A DNA stretch of 64,000 nucleotides from an uncultured Chloroflexia bacterium (GCA_963741805.1 CAVUJR010000059.1:9242-73241), one strand, 5' to 3'. Shown: positions 38,891 through 47,709, counted from the first letter of the stretch. Translations and numbers: made by a program. The notes: generated by a model not told the origin, from the sequence alone.

Positions 38891-40596
38891 GCTCCACCCT
38901 CCTCAGCTGTGGCGTCCGGCGTGGAGGCCGGAACCGGTTGACGCTCGACGGTGATGGTGACGCGGTCGGGCGCCTGCGGCAGCCGGTTCGGCCACCAGCC
39001 CGGGCTCGTCTCGATGTGCCAGGCGGCGATCTCCGGCGTGGTGGAGAGGCGGTTCTCGGCGGCGGACCAGGACGACCCGGCGAGGGACTCGGCCAGGCGC
39101 TGCTGCTCGCCGTCGGTGAAGTCGGCGTTGGCGATGGCGCTCGCCTCGACCATGTACTGGACGTTATCCGGGGCCTCGGCGATGGACTGCGGCTCGGCGA
39201 GGACGACGGACTCCGGGTCGAGCACGAAGCCTTCCGGCACCTGCGCCTGGAGCGACTCCTGGAAGAAGGCGCGGGTCTGCTCATCGACCACGGACTGGTC
39301 GTAGACGAGGCCGGTGACGTCGACCGTGCCGGTGGCGCTGATCTCTTCCGCCTCCTGGCCCGGCTGGGCGTCGATCTGGACGTCTGGCTGGCCGGTCTGG
39401 ACGGAGGGGGCGACGACGGCCTGCCCCTCCGGGAGCCGGGATTCCCACCCCTCGGCGGCGGCGCGCTGGAGGTCCAGCGGGACACGGTCCTGCAGGGCCT
39501 GGACGTCCGCCTCGGCGACGACGGCGACCTCGATATCGGTGCCGCCCTCGATGGCCGCGTCGCGGTTGCTGTAGAAGACGCCGAGATCCGGCACGCGGCC
39601 GGTGAGCATGCCCTGCTCGACATTGCCGGCGGCGCCGGGCGCGGTGGCGGTGACGTCCACGGTCGCCTCGCCAGCCTCGCCGTCGGACGCGGCGGGAACC
39701 TCCACGTCGCCCTCCGTGGTGAAGGTGGGGCCGGCGTAGACGCTGAGCTCGGTGCCGGCGGGAACCGTTACGGCGGCATCGGTCGGGTTGCGGAAGAGGA
39801 CGCTGCCGGTCGCCGTCTGGTCCGGGGTGCGGTCCACGCCGGTGGTCTTGATGGTGATGGTGAACGGGACGGTGGCGCTGCCCTGCTCGGCGTCGGCGGT
39901 GAAGGCGATGTCGCTGGGGAGGGACGCGCCGGGGGCGGCGACGCTGTAGAGGACGGTGCTGGAGATCGGCTGTTGGGCAAGCGTGGCGGTGACCTTCACG
40001 CCGGGCATGTAGTACCAGCCGGCGGCGATCAGGAGCAGGCCGACGACGATGAGCACGGCGACGAGGCGCCCGAGGTTACGGGCGGTGAGCCAGGTCGGGT
40101 GGGTGTCCTCCAGGTACTCCAGGGTCGTGGGCTCCGGGGTCTCGACCGGGGCCGGGGGTGGCGAAGCGAGCTCATCGGCGGCGCGGCGACGCCGGCGGCG
40201 GGCATGGAAGCCGACATCGTCGCCCTCCTCGTCCTCCTCGTCGCCGTCCTGTTGCCAGGTGCCGAAGGCGCGGGGGGAGCCGAGCATGGTCTGGGGCGGG
40301 CGCCAGTCCTCATTGGCGCGTTTGGCGGCCTCGGCGACGTTGCGGATGCCGAACATGGTCGCGAACTGGGAGCGGAGGCGGTCCTGCGAGTCCAGCGCGA
40401 GGCGGATTTTTGCGCGGTCGGCGGCCTCCTTGAGGGTGCGGAACTCGGCGGCGGTGAGGAGGACGGGGCAGTGGTCCGGGATGACGACCACGACGGCCTC
40501 GCCGCTATGCTCGCGGACCTTCTCGATGATCTGTGGCAGGGAGTCGTCCGGATGGACCTCGACGCGGGTTGGTGCGGGCCTGTTTCGATCCGTCAT
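38887..40596 (-). CDS. conserved hypothetical single-pass membrane protein
   Basis: 570-aa ORF between alaS and ruvX. It has a charged linker, then the TM segment LGRLVAVLIVVGLLLIAAGWYY, then a large extracytoplasmic region. It overlaps ruvX by 4 nt. Confidence 0.6.
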   Translation of the reverse strand: MTDRNRPAPTRVEVHPDDSLPQIIEKVREHSGEAVVVVIPDHCPVLLTAAEFRTLKEAADRAKIRLALDSQDRLRSQFATMFGIRNVAEAAKRANEDWRPPQTMLGSPRAFGTWQQDGDEEDEEGDDVGFHARRRRRRAADELASPPPAPVETPEPTTLEYLEDTHPTWLTARNLGRLVAVLIVVGLLLIAAGWYYMPGVKVTATLAQQPISSTVLYSVAAPGASLPSDIAFTADAEQGSATVPFTITIKTTGVDRTPDQTATGSVLFRNPTDAAVTVPAGTELSVYAGPTFTTEGDVEVPAASDGEAGEATVDVTATAPGAAGNVEQGMLTGRVPDLGVFYSNRDAAIEGGTDIEVAVVAEADVQALQDRVPLDLQRAAAEGWESRLPEGQAVVAPSVQTGQPDVQIDAQPGQEAEEISATGTVDVTGLVYDQSVVDEQTRAFFQESLQAQVPEGFVLDPESVVLAEPQSIAEAPDNVQYMVEASAIANADFTDGEQQRLAESLAGSSWSAAENRLSTTPEIAAWHIETSPGWWPNRLPQAPDRVTITVERQPVPASTPDATAEEGGA

Positions 40597-40663
40597 GCGG
40601 CACCCTGCACCGATAGAACGCCGCACCGGGGGCCGCCCACGAGGGGCGGCCGTACGGAATGGG

Positions 40664-43328
40664 TCATTGGGCGGCCTGGGCCTTCACGACGTCGGCGACG
40701 GCGGCGATGGCGGCGGGGACGCCGTCCGGGTTCTTGCCGCCGGCCTCGGCGAGCTCGGGGCGGCCACCGCCGCGCCCGTCGACATGCGGGGCGATGGTGC
40801 GGATGATGTCGCCGGCCTTGACGCCCTTCTGGACGATGTCCGGCGTGACCATGGCGAGGAGGGCCGGCTTGTCGTCCACGACGGTGCCGAGGACGATGAC
40901 GCCGGACCCGAGCTTGTCGCGCAGGCGGTCGCCCATCTGGCGGAGGGCGCCGCGGTCCGGCACCTCGACGCTGGCGGCAAGGACGGTGATGCCGGCGATC
41001 TCGGTGGTCTCGGAGAGGAGGTCGCCGGATTTGGCGCCGGCGAGCTGGCCACGGAGGTTCTCGATCTCGCGCTCCTGGGTTCGGAGGCGCTCCTGCAGGC
41101 CCTTCACGCTGGTGGGGACTTCCTGCCAGGTGACCTTGAGGTCGCGACCGAGGTCCTCCACGAGGCGCTGCTGGCCCATGATGCGCTCGATGGCGGCGTT
41201 GCCGGTGAGGGCCTCGATGCGGCGGATGCCGGAGGCCACGGAGCCCTCGGAGGTCACGACGAAGGGGCCGATCTCGCCGGTGCGGGAGACATGCGTGCCG
41301 CCGCAGAGCTCGCGGCTGAAATCGCCGACCTGGACGACGCGGACCTTCTCGCCGTACTTCTCGCCGAAGAGGGCCATGGCGCCGGTGGCGATGGCCTCCT
41401 GCTGGTCCATGACGGCGGTCTGGACCGGGATGTCGCGGGACACCTCGTTGTTGACGATGCGGGTGATGGATGCGAGCTGCTTCGGCTCGGGCGCGTCCAT
41501 GGTGGTGAAGTCGAAGCGCAGGCGGTCGGGCGCGACGAGGGAGCCGGCCTGGTGGACGTCCTCGCCGAGGATGGTGCGGAGGGCCTTGTGCAGCAGGTGG
41601 GTCGCGGTGTGGTTGCGGCGGATGTGCATGCGGCGGTCGGCGTCGATGCGGGCGTGGACGGGCTCGCCGACGCGGATGAAGCCCTCTTCCACCGTGCCGC
41701 GGTGGACGAAGAGATCCGGCGCGGGCTTGCGGGTGTCGTCCACGTTGACGTGGCCGGCCTCGGTGTAGAGGTCGCCGGAGTCGCCGACCTGGCCGCCGGA
41801 CTCGCCGTAGAAGGGGGTCTTGTCCAGCACGACCTCGACCTGCTGGCCGGCCTCGGCCTGATCCATGGCGCCGTCGGGGCCGAGGATGGCGACGATGGTG
41901 GCGTGCGCCTCCGTCTCGCTATAGCCGAGGAACTCCGTGCGCGGCTGGATGCTGGCGTAGAGATCGGCGCGGTCGCGGCCCTCGGCCTTGAAGGCGGCGC
42001 CGGAGCGGCTGGTTTCGCGCTGGCGCTCCATGGCGATGCGGAAGCCGTCCTCGTCCACGGAGAGGCCCTCTTCGGTGGCCATCTCGGCGGTGAGCTCGAG
42101 CGGGAAGCCGTAGGTGTCGTAGAGGCGGAAGGCTTCCTCGCCGGGGATGACGGTTTGGCCGCTCTCCAGCATCTCGCTGACGAGCGCGTGGAGGCGGGTC
42201 ATGCCGGTGGCGATGGTGCGGCCGAAGCTGGCCTCCTCGTAGGCGATGACCTTGGTGACCTGGCCCTGGCGCTCCAGCAGCTCCGGGTAGGCGCCGCCGA
42301 ACTGCTCGATGACGACGCGGGCGAGATCGGCCATGAACTCGGTCTTGATGCCGAGGAGGTGGCCGTGGCGGATGGCTTTCCGCAGGACGCGGCGCAGGAC
42401 GTAGCTGCGGCCCTCGTTGCCGGGGAGGACGCCGTCGCCGATGAGGAAGACGGAGCCGCGGACGTGGTCGGCGATAACGCGGAGGGACTTGTCCTGGATC
42501 GGGTCGGTGCCGTAGGCGATGCCGGCGAGCTCGGCGGCGCGGGCGATGATGGGCTGGTAGAGGTCGGTCTCGTACATGGTGCGGGCGCCCTGCATGAGCA
42601 GGACGAGGCGCTCCAGGCCCATGCCGGTATCGACGCTCGGCTTCGGCAGCGGGGTGCGCGTGCCGTCGGCGGTGGTGTTGTACTGCATGAAGACGTTGTT
42701 CCACAGCTCGAGGTAGCGCGGGCAGTCGCAGCCGGGGGCGCAGCTGTCCTGGCCGCAGCCCCATTCCTCGCCGCGGTCCACGTAGATCTCGCTGTCGGGG
42801 CCGTTCGGGCCGGTGGGGCCGGCGGCCCACCAGTTGTCTTCCAGCTTGAAGATGCGGGATCTCGGGGACGCCGACCTGGTCGCGCCAGATGGCGTAGGCC
42901 TCCTCGTCGTCGGGGTGGACGGTTGGGTAGAGGCGGTCTTTCGGGAAGCCGACCCATTCGGTGAGGAACTCCCAGGACCAGGCGAGGGATTCCTTCTTGA
43001 AGTAGTCACGCACGGAGAAGTTGCCGAGCATGAGGAAGAAGGTGCTGTGGGACTCGTCGCCGACCTCGTCGATATCGACGGTGCGGAAGCACTTCTGGAC
43101 GGAGCACATGCGCACGGATGGCGGGGTTTCCAGGCCGAGGAAGTATGGGGTCATCTGCTGCATGCCGGCGGTGGTGAGGAGGACGGAGGTGTCTCCCGCC
43201 GGGGGGACGAGGGAGGAGCTGGGCATGTGGAGGTGCTGCTTGGACTCGAAGAAGTCGATAAACATCTGGCGGATGTCGATGCCGGACTTCCATTGGAGCC
43301 CGAGATCGGAGGTTTGCTGGGTGGACAT
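40664..43328 (-). pseudogene. alaS: Alanine--tRNA ligase, interrupted by an apparent 1-nt frameshift near 42860 (probably a sequence artefact)
   Basis: The N-terminal 156 aa (MSTQQTSD..FFLMLGNFS..WRDQVGVPE) are in one frame. RIFKLEDNWW..CGGTHV.. through the C-terminus are in another. Confidence 0.9.
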
Positions 43329-43647
43329 GGGGGTGTCTCCGGGTGCGGTGGTGGCGTGGTCGGTGGTCGGGTTGGGCGCGGTGGCGGCGGCGTCTGTCGC
43401 GGCCTGCCGCGCTGGGTAGCCTCGGCCTCGCCCCCGAAGGATGTGGTGGTGTGGGTGGTGTCGGGGTGGCGGTCGGCGGGCATGGGAGCTCCGATGGGTG
43501 TGGCGGCATGACAAGAGGCCCGGCGTGGTGCCGGGATGCCTGCCCATTGTGCCAAAGGGGACGCATGCGCGGCAATCCGGGGCGGGATGCGTGGGGTGGC
43601 AAGGCGATCAGGATCATGGTCAATCACGTGTTTGCGGGGGTGGTTGC

Positions 43648-43703
43648 CATAAGGAAGATGTTCAGAACTCCTGTATATGGGGGTTTTGAACATCTTCCTT
43701 ATG
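43648..43703. repeat. palindromic repeat copy a (subfamily 1)
   Basis: CATAAGGAAGATGTTCAGAAC-loop(..TGTATATGGGGG..)-TTTTGAACATCTTCCTTATG. Near-identical to copy f. Confidence 0.85.
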
Positions 43704-43861
43704 TTGGGTGGTTGGGGGCGTTGATGAGGGCAGGGCGCGCCGGCAGGGGGCGAGATGGGCAGCGTCGGCGTACTCCCCGGCCACCGCGGGGCCGGGGCTA
43801 CAAGGCGGGAGATGGGTGCCGAGGCAATGACGCCGTGCGATGCGGCGATGGCTGCAAGGTG

Positions 43862-43908
43862 TCAAGATGTTCAGGTTTTGCCGTATACCGGAAACCTGAA
43901 CATCTTGA
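43862..43908. repeat. palindromic repeat copy b (subfamily 2)
   Basis: TCAAGATGTTCAGGTTT-TGCCGTATACCGG-AAACCTGAACATCTTGA followed by TTTCG. Confidence 0.85.
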
Positions 43909-43964
43909 TTTCGGGTGGGGGTTTTTGGCGTGGTTGCGGGGTTTTCGGGGTGTTAGGGCAATGG

Positions 43965-43983
43965 AGAAACCTGAGCATCTTGA
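43965..43983. repeat. palindromic repeat half-copy c
   Basis: GAGAAACCTGAGCATCTTGA equals only the right arm of subfamily 2. Confidence 0.6.
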
Positions 43984-44034
43984 CGCGCGGGGATATCGAC
44001 CCTTGGGCACCCGAAGGTGACCTGCGGATCGATT

Positions 44035-44061
44035 GGGCAGACATCAGAGTCTGCCCCTACA
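44035..44061. repeat. REP-like hairpin (GGGCAGAC-ATCAGAG-TCTGCCC + CTACA)
   Basis: Hairpin plus CTAC tail, the same architecture as the other REP copies in the window. Confidence 0.6.
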
Positions 44062-44557
44062 CAAGCGAGGGCATGGGGATGGGATGGAGGCAGGGTGCAT
44101 TCCGGTCGGGATGCGGCGGTTGGGTATCGACCTGCGGTCGATCGGCTTCGCCGGGGGATTCCTCCCTACGGTCGGAATGACGGTTTCTTTTTGGTGGGAG
44201 CAAGGTCGGCGGTCGACCCTTACCGAGAGAGGATGGCGGGGCGGGATGCGGCATCTGGGCACGGACCCCGGCCACTGCGGGCGCCACGGTGTGGCTACGC
44301 GGTGGATCTCCGGTACGGAGGGAGCCTGATTTGGTGGGAGGTATGGTGGCGCACTTTGGCGTTGCCGATGTGTATTAAGGGTAGAGGGATCTGTATGAGG
44401 TGGGTATGGGGGGAGTGTGTCCATCGCCGTTAAGGGTGTGTTTAAGGACGGGTTTGGGGTGGCTTCCCTCCCCTGCCCCTGTTCCGGGATGGCCGGGCGT
44501 TTTTCGGCCGGCGGTACGGCGGACGGGCAGAAGGACGAGGGATGTCGGGCAAGATGG

Positions 44558-44604
44558 TCAAGATGTTCAGGTTTCAGGTATATAGGAAAACCTGAACATC
44601 TTGA
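44558..44604. repeat. palindromic repeat copy d (subfamily 2)
   Basis: TCAAGATGTTCAGGTTT-CAGGTATATAGGA-AAACCTGAACATCTTGA followed by TTATCG. Confidence 0.85.
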
Positions 44605-44718
44605 TTATCGTCAATGCCCTGCCTCCCTGGCCGGTGCGTGGCGGGTCCGGGGTGGCGCTGCAGGGCGCTATGAATACCGCCCGTACAGGCGATGCCGGGC
44701 AACAGGGGCCGACATAAA

Positions 44719-44765
44719 AGAAGGTGTTCAGAAGTGTGTGTACAGGGAACTTCTGAGCATCTTGA
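44719..44765. repeat. palindromic repeat copy e (diverged)
   Basis: AGAAGGTGTTCAGAAGT-GTGTGTACAGGGA-ACTTCTGAGCATCTTGA followed by TTTTCG. Confidence 0.75.
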
Positions 44766-44859
44766 TTTTCGTCCCTGGCTTCCGGCCCTCCCTCGCCGGT
44801 GCGTGGCGGGTCCGGCGTTGGTGCGGGATCGGCGTCCTGCCCGCCATGGGTGAGCATGA

Positions 44860-44916
44860 CATAAGGAAGATGATCAGAACTCATGTATATAGGGGGTTTT
44901 GAACATCTTCCTTATG
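44860..44916. repeat. palindromic repeat copy f (subfamily 1)
   Basis: CATAAGGAAGATGATCAGAAC-loop(..TGTATATAGGGGG..)-TTTTGAACATCTTCCTTATG. Confidence 0.85.
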
Positions 44917-45052
44917 GCGACATGCTTCTCCGGCCCTTCCCTCGCCGGTTCGTGGCGGGGCATCGCTCCTGCGATGGGCGTGCGGCAGATGGCGCGGAGC
45001 CTGGCGGGCGATGGACGCGACGCTGGCGGCGAGCGATACAGGAGCGGGAACG

Positions 45053-45307
45053 ATGAGTGACGTGGACACGACGCAGGGGCATGGCGAGGGTCTGGAGCCG
45101 GTCGAGGCGGCGCAGCGGTATGTGGACGAGCGGATCCCGAACTCGGGGTGGAAGGTGGACGAGGTCGCGGGGAACATCGATTTCGGGATGGTGACGGTGG
45201 TGCTGGGGCAGTACCTGAAGTCGGGGGATGTGGAGCACCGGGCGGCGGGGAAAGAGGGTCATGGGCCGACGATCGAGGCGGCGGTGGATGATGCGTTGGC
45301 AAGATAG
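45053..45307 (+). CDS. hypothetical protein (84 aa)
   Basis: AGGAG lies 8 nt upstream of ATG 45053. Strong G/C third-position bias. No family recognised. Confidence 0.5.
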   Translation: MSDVDTTQGHGEGLEPVEAAQRYVDERIPNSGWKVDEVAGNIDFGMVTVVLGQYLKSGDVEHRAAGKEGHGPTIEAAVDDALAR

Positions 45308-45558
45308 CAAAGGACCCACAGGGCTGCACCCATGCGTAGGCGAGAACAATTCGTTCCGCCCTTCGATACGAACCCTCTGCCGACCAAGCATCACATATGT
45401 AATTTGGAGACGGGACGTCCAAACCACGAACCAAGCGAGTGGATGAGTTGGACGTCCTAGAGAGTCTTTGCTTTCACGAATGACGCAGCTAAGTACCTAG
45501 CTGCATCTATAGCAGCCGATTAGGTATGGCTCAGATCTATGCTGTTCAGATCAGATGG

Positions 45559-46431
45559 TCAGTCGTCACCCGAAGCTGGAATAGATTCGCTCATCTTTGG
45601 CGCCCCTCGTGACCGAAACCGGGTATCAACACGCTCCAGAAGCGAGCGAACGCGGCCAATGGAATAGTCGGTCTCGGTTGAGATTTCGCGGATGGATCGG
45701 CCAGATTCGTAGGCGTCCTTCAGGGTGTATGCGACTTGCTGCTGCTCGGCATCAGATAGTCTGCCGAAGAGTGGGAGTTGCGGCACATTGATCTCACCAC
45801 CCGCATAGCCCTTATGCACCTGGCCACGCGGGGCGACCTCTTCGGGGGCCTCGTCGCCCCATACGGCCCACGCGGGCTGCGGATACCGGGCAAACATCTC
45901 CAGATATGGGCCAGGTGAGCATGCCTCGATGAGCGGATATTGCTCATCGGGCTTCCGGGAATGCTCACGCTTGCGGGTCTCGATCATATTGACTTGGGAG
46001 CGTGCGGGAGCAAGGGTCCGCATGCTTCCCCGTACACCGAACAGCAAGAGTTCGGTAACGTTGCGAAAGTAGAAACCAACGCCACGACCGTCCGGTCCTC
46101 CGTCTTTACGCCTCTTTGCCCAGACGACATTTGAGACATAGCGAAAGCCCCATGCCTCCATCACCTTCAGGCCCTCGGGAAGCAACGCATTCGGTACCCA
46201 AAGGTAGAGATGGGCATTCTTCGCGATGACATCTTGCACGCGGAGATCGCAGATATCCTGCAACTCCATGGTGGAGTACCGGTCGAGGCGACGATGCTCA
46301 GGAGCAACCTTGCCGGTACGGTTTGAGAATCGCCAAGGAGGATCGGCGAGGACGGTTTGAAATCCACCTTCGACGGTCGGCAGCGGTGGAGGCGGCTGGA
46401 ACTCGCGAAGCGGCGATGCTTTCTGTGCCAT
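45559..46431 (-). CDS. MT-A70 family DNA N6-adenine methyltransferase with C-terminal HTH domain
   Basis: VLADPPWRF (DPPW catalytic motif), HLYLWVPNALL, and EHSRKPDE. The C-terminal GRSIREISTETDYSIGRVRSLLER is HTH-like. Confidence 0.85.
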   Translation of the reverse strand: MAQKASPLREFQPPPPLPTVEGGFQTVLADPPWRFSNRTGKVAPEHRRLDRYSTMELQDICDLRVQDVIAKNAHLYLWVPNALLPEGLKVMEAWGFRYVSNVVWAKRRKDGGPDGRGVGFYFRNVTELLLFGVRGSMRTLAPARSQVNMIETRKREHSRKPDEQYPLIEACSPGPYLEMFARYPQPAWAVWGDEAPEEVAPRGQVHKGYAGGEINVPQLPLFGRLSDAEQQQVAYTLKDAYESGRSIREISTETDYSIGRVRSLLERVDTRFRSRGAPKMSESIPASGDD

Positions 46432-46447
46432 GGGTTTCCCCGGATTC

Positions 46448-46475
46448 AGATCTTCAGTTTCAATGATTTAGATCT
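46448..46475. promoter_or_regulatory. pair of AGATCT palindromes 22 bp apart in the REase-MTase intergenic region
   Basis: TTCAGATCTTCAG (46448..46453) and TTTAGATCTTAGC (46470..46475) lie immediately upstream of the MTase start. Confidence 0.4.
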
Positions 46476-46502
46476 TAGCACAGATGAGCTGTACGTGCGC
46501 TA

Positions 46503-47195
46503 CTACCAGATGCTCCTACTTTGATCGAACGCATCCCGGATTATCTCGAAACCGGTGACACGGTCGGGCTCAATACCGACGACGATCAGAGGACATTCGC
46601 CTCCACCACCCAGATTGATACGTGGAACGAGCTTCTCCCAATGCGTTGTGGAAGAGCCGTATTTGACGCTTGCCGTGCGCTCGCCAGTTTTGACCGTGCC
46701 ACCGATCACCCGCTGCAACTCGGGACCGCGCGTCACGATGACGCCTACGGCCAACGCGCCCTCCCGGTGCAACGCCATGAAGTTGAGCAGGTCGCGGTCG
46801 AAAAACGGATCCTTATTGTTCCACTCCATCTCGACGGCGATACCTGGGTAAGGGTCACCTGATGACCCGACCGCGAACATGTCGATCTCATGGCCCCGCG
46901 TGGCATGGATCAGTTCGTCATCGATACGTTTTGAGATGGTGATGTTCCGCTTCCCCCACCCCCGCTGCTCGAGAAGAGAGTCAAAACGGCGAGTATGGGA
47001 AGCGCGGCTGCCGCCCCCGGAAAGGATCTCATGGACATCGATATGGAACTCTTCGAGGGCTTCACAAAGATCGCGGAAGTGATGGGGAAAAGCATCACGG
47101 AGGATGAGGTCTGCGTACCTCGTGACACCATAGGCATACCCTATCGGAAGTCCTTCGACGCTAGGTTCACGCACTACCCCTGGCGGATCAGACAT
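46503..47195 (-). CDS. Type II restriction endonuclease, BamHI/BglII-like fold (start uncertain; ORF open to 47363)
   Basis: EIDMFAV..GIAVEMEWNNKDPFFDRDLLNFMAL resembles the D...E-x-E/Q catalytic core plus following helix of BamHI (VGMEFETGN..) and BglII (LVEVQFSNYPF..). Confidence 0.6.
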   Translation of the reverse strand: MSDPPGVVREPSVEGLPIGYAYGVTRYADLILRDAFPHHFRDLCEALEEFHIDVHEILSGGGSRASHTRRFDSLLEQRGWGKRNITISKRIDDELIHATRGHEIDMFAVGSSGDPYPGIAVEMEWNNKDPFFDRDLLNFMALHREGALAVGVIVTRGPELQRVIGGTVKTGERTASVKYGSSTTHWEKLVPRINLGGGGECPLIVVGIEPDRVTGFEIIRDAFDQSRSIW

Positions 47196-47280
47196 GCCTT
47201 CAACCGGGCCTATCAGATCGTCGCTGTTCACGAAGCCACCTCTCCCCCAGATTTCCCTTGATCGGTTCCCAGCGATCTCA

Positions 47281-47709
47281 TTATGGATCCAAGAACGAGG
47301 ATACGCGAACTTTATCGGTGCTCCATCGAGGGAAGGCACCGCGTACCTGCCCTGTCCAGGCATTCGGGCTGACGAGGTTCTGGAAGAACGAGAGGCGGTC
47401 GGCGAGGTTGGTGATCGGGACGGCGGTTTCGGGGGTGAGCCGCGCGACGACGCGGACCTTCAGGCGGCAGGGAAAGTCGTCTTTCCAGATCGAGTGGGTG
47501 GTGTCCTTGTAGGGCGCGGAGACGACTTCGAGGATGCCGACGAAGCGGGAGACGCCGGTGAGGTAGCAGAGCATGTAGTCGCCGACGGCGACGCGTTGGA
47601 CCTGGCTCCAGCGGTTCTCGCGAAAGCCGGTGACGGAGGCTCCTGCGTCGAGGAACTCCTGCCACGTGCCGATGGAGAACAGGTTCAGCCAATACGACCG
47701 TGCCGCCAT
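47281..47709 (-). CDS. EVE (PUA-like) domain protein
   Basis: YWLNLFSIGTWQEF..GDYMLCYLTGVSRFVGILEVVS..FPCRLKVRVV is typical of EVE/ASCH-type PUA-like modified-base readers. Confidence 0.75.
   Translation of the reverse strand: MAARSYWLNLFSIGTWQEFLDAGASVTGFRENRWSQVQRVAVGDYMLCYLTGVSRFVGILEVVSAPYKDTTHSIWKDDFPCRLKVRVVARLTPETAVPITNLADRLSFFQNLVSPNAWTGQVRGAFPRWSTDKVRVSSFLDP

Noticed and set aside
40049-42964. 971-aa plus-strand ORF (and other long ORFs at 38938..40806, 40659..41768)
   Set aside because: It is antisense to alaS and the neighbouring membrane-protein gene. The translation is low-complexity Gly/Ala/Asp/Arg-rich with no family features. It is a typical shadow ORF in GC-rich DNA.
43329-43647. 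T-box riboswitch upstream of alaS
   Set aside because: I could not find the conserved T-box sequence (AGGGUGGNACCGCG-like) or a specifier/terminator architecture on the sense strand. The leader is C-rich and poorly structured.
43648-44916. CRISPR array interpretation of the palindromic repeats
   Set aside because: Repeat spacing is highly irregular (about 55 to 570 bp). The repeats are long perfect palindromes falling into three sequence subtypes. No cas genes are in the window.
43648-44916. Integron attC / CALIN interpretation
   Set aside because: The arms read ..GTTCAG...CTGAAC.., with GTT on the 5' side and AAC on the 3' side, the opposite of attC R''/R' boxes. No cassette ORFs lie between copies and no intI is nearby.
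47195-47363. EVE-endonuclease fusion protein broken by a frameshift
   Set aside because: The EVE ORF ends with a plausible native tail (..WTGQVRGAFPRWSTDKVRVSSFLDP). An internal ATG at 47195 gives a complete nuclease. I therefore call two genes, but given the indel rate in this sequence a fusion cannot be excluded, as noted in the findings.
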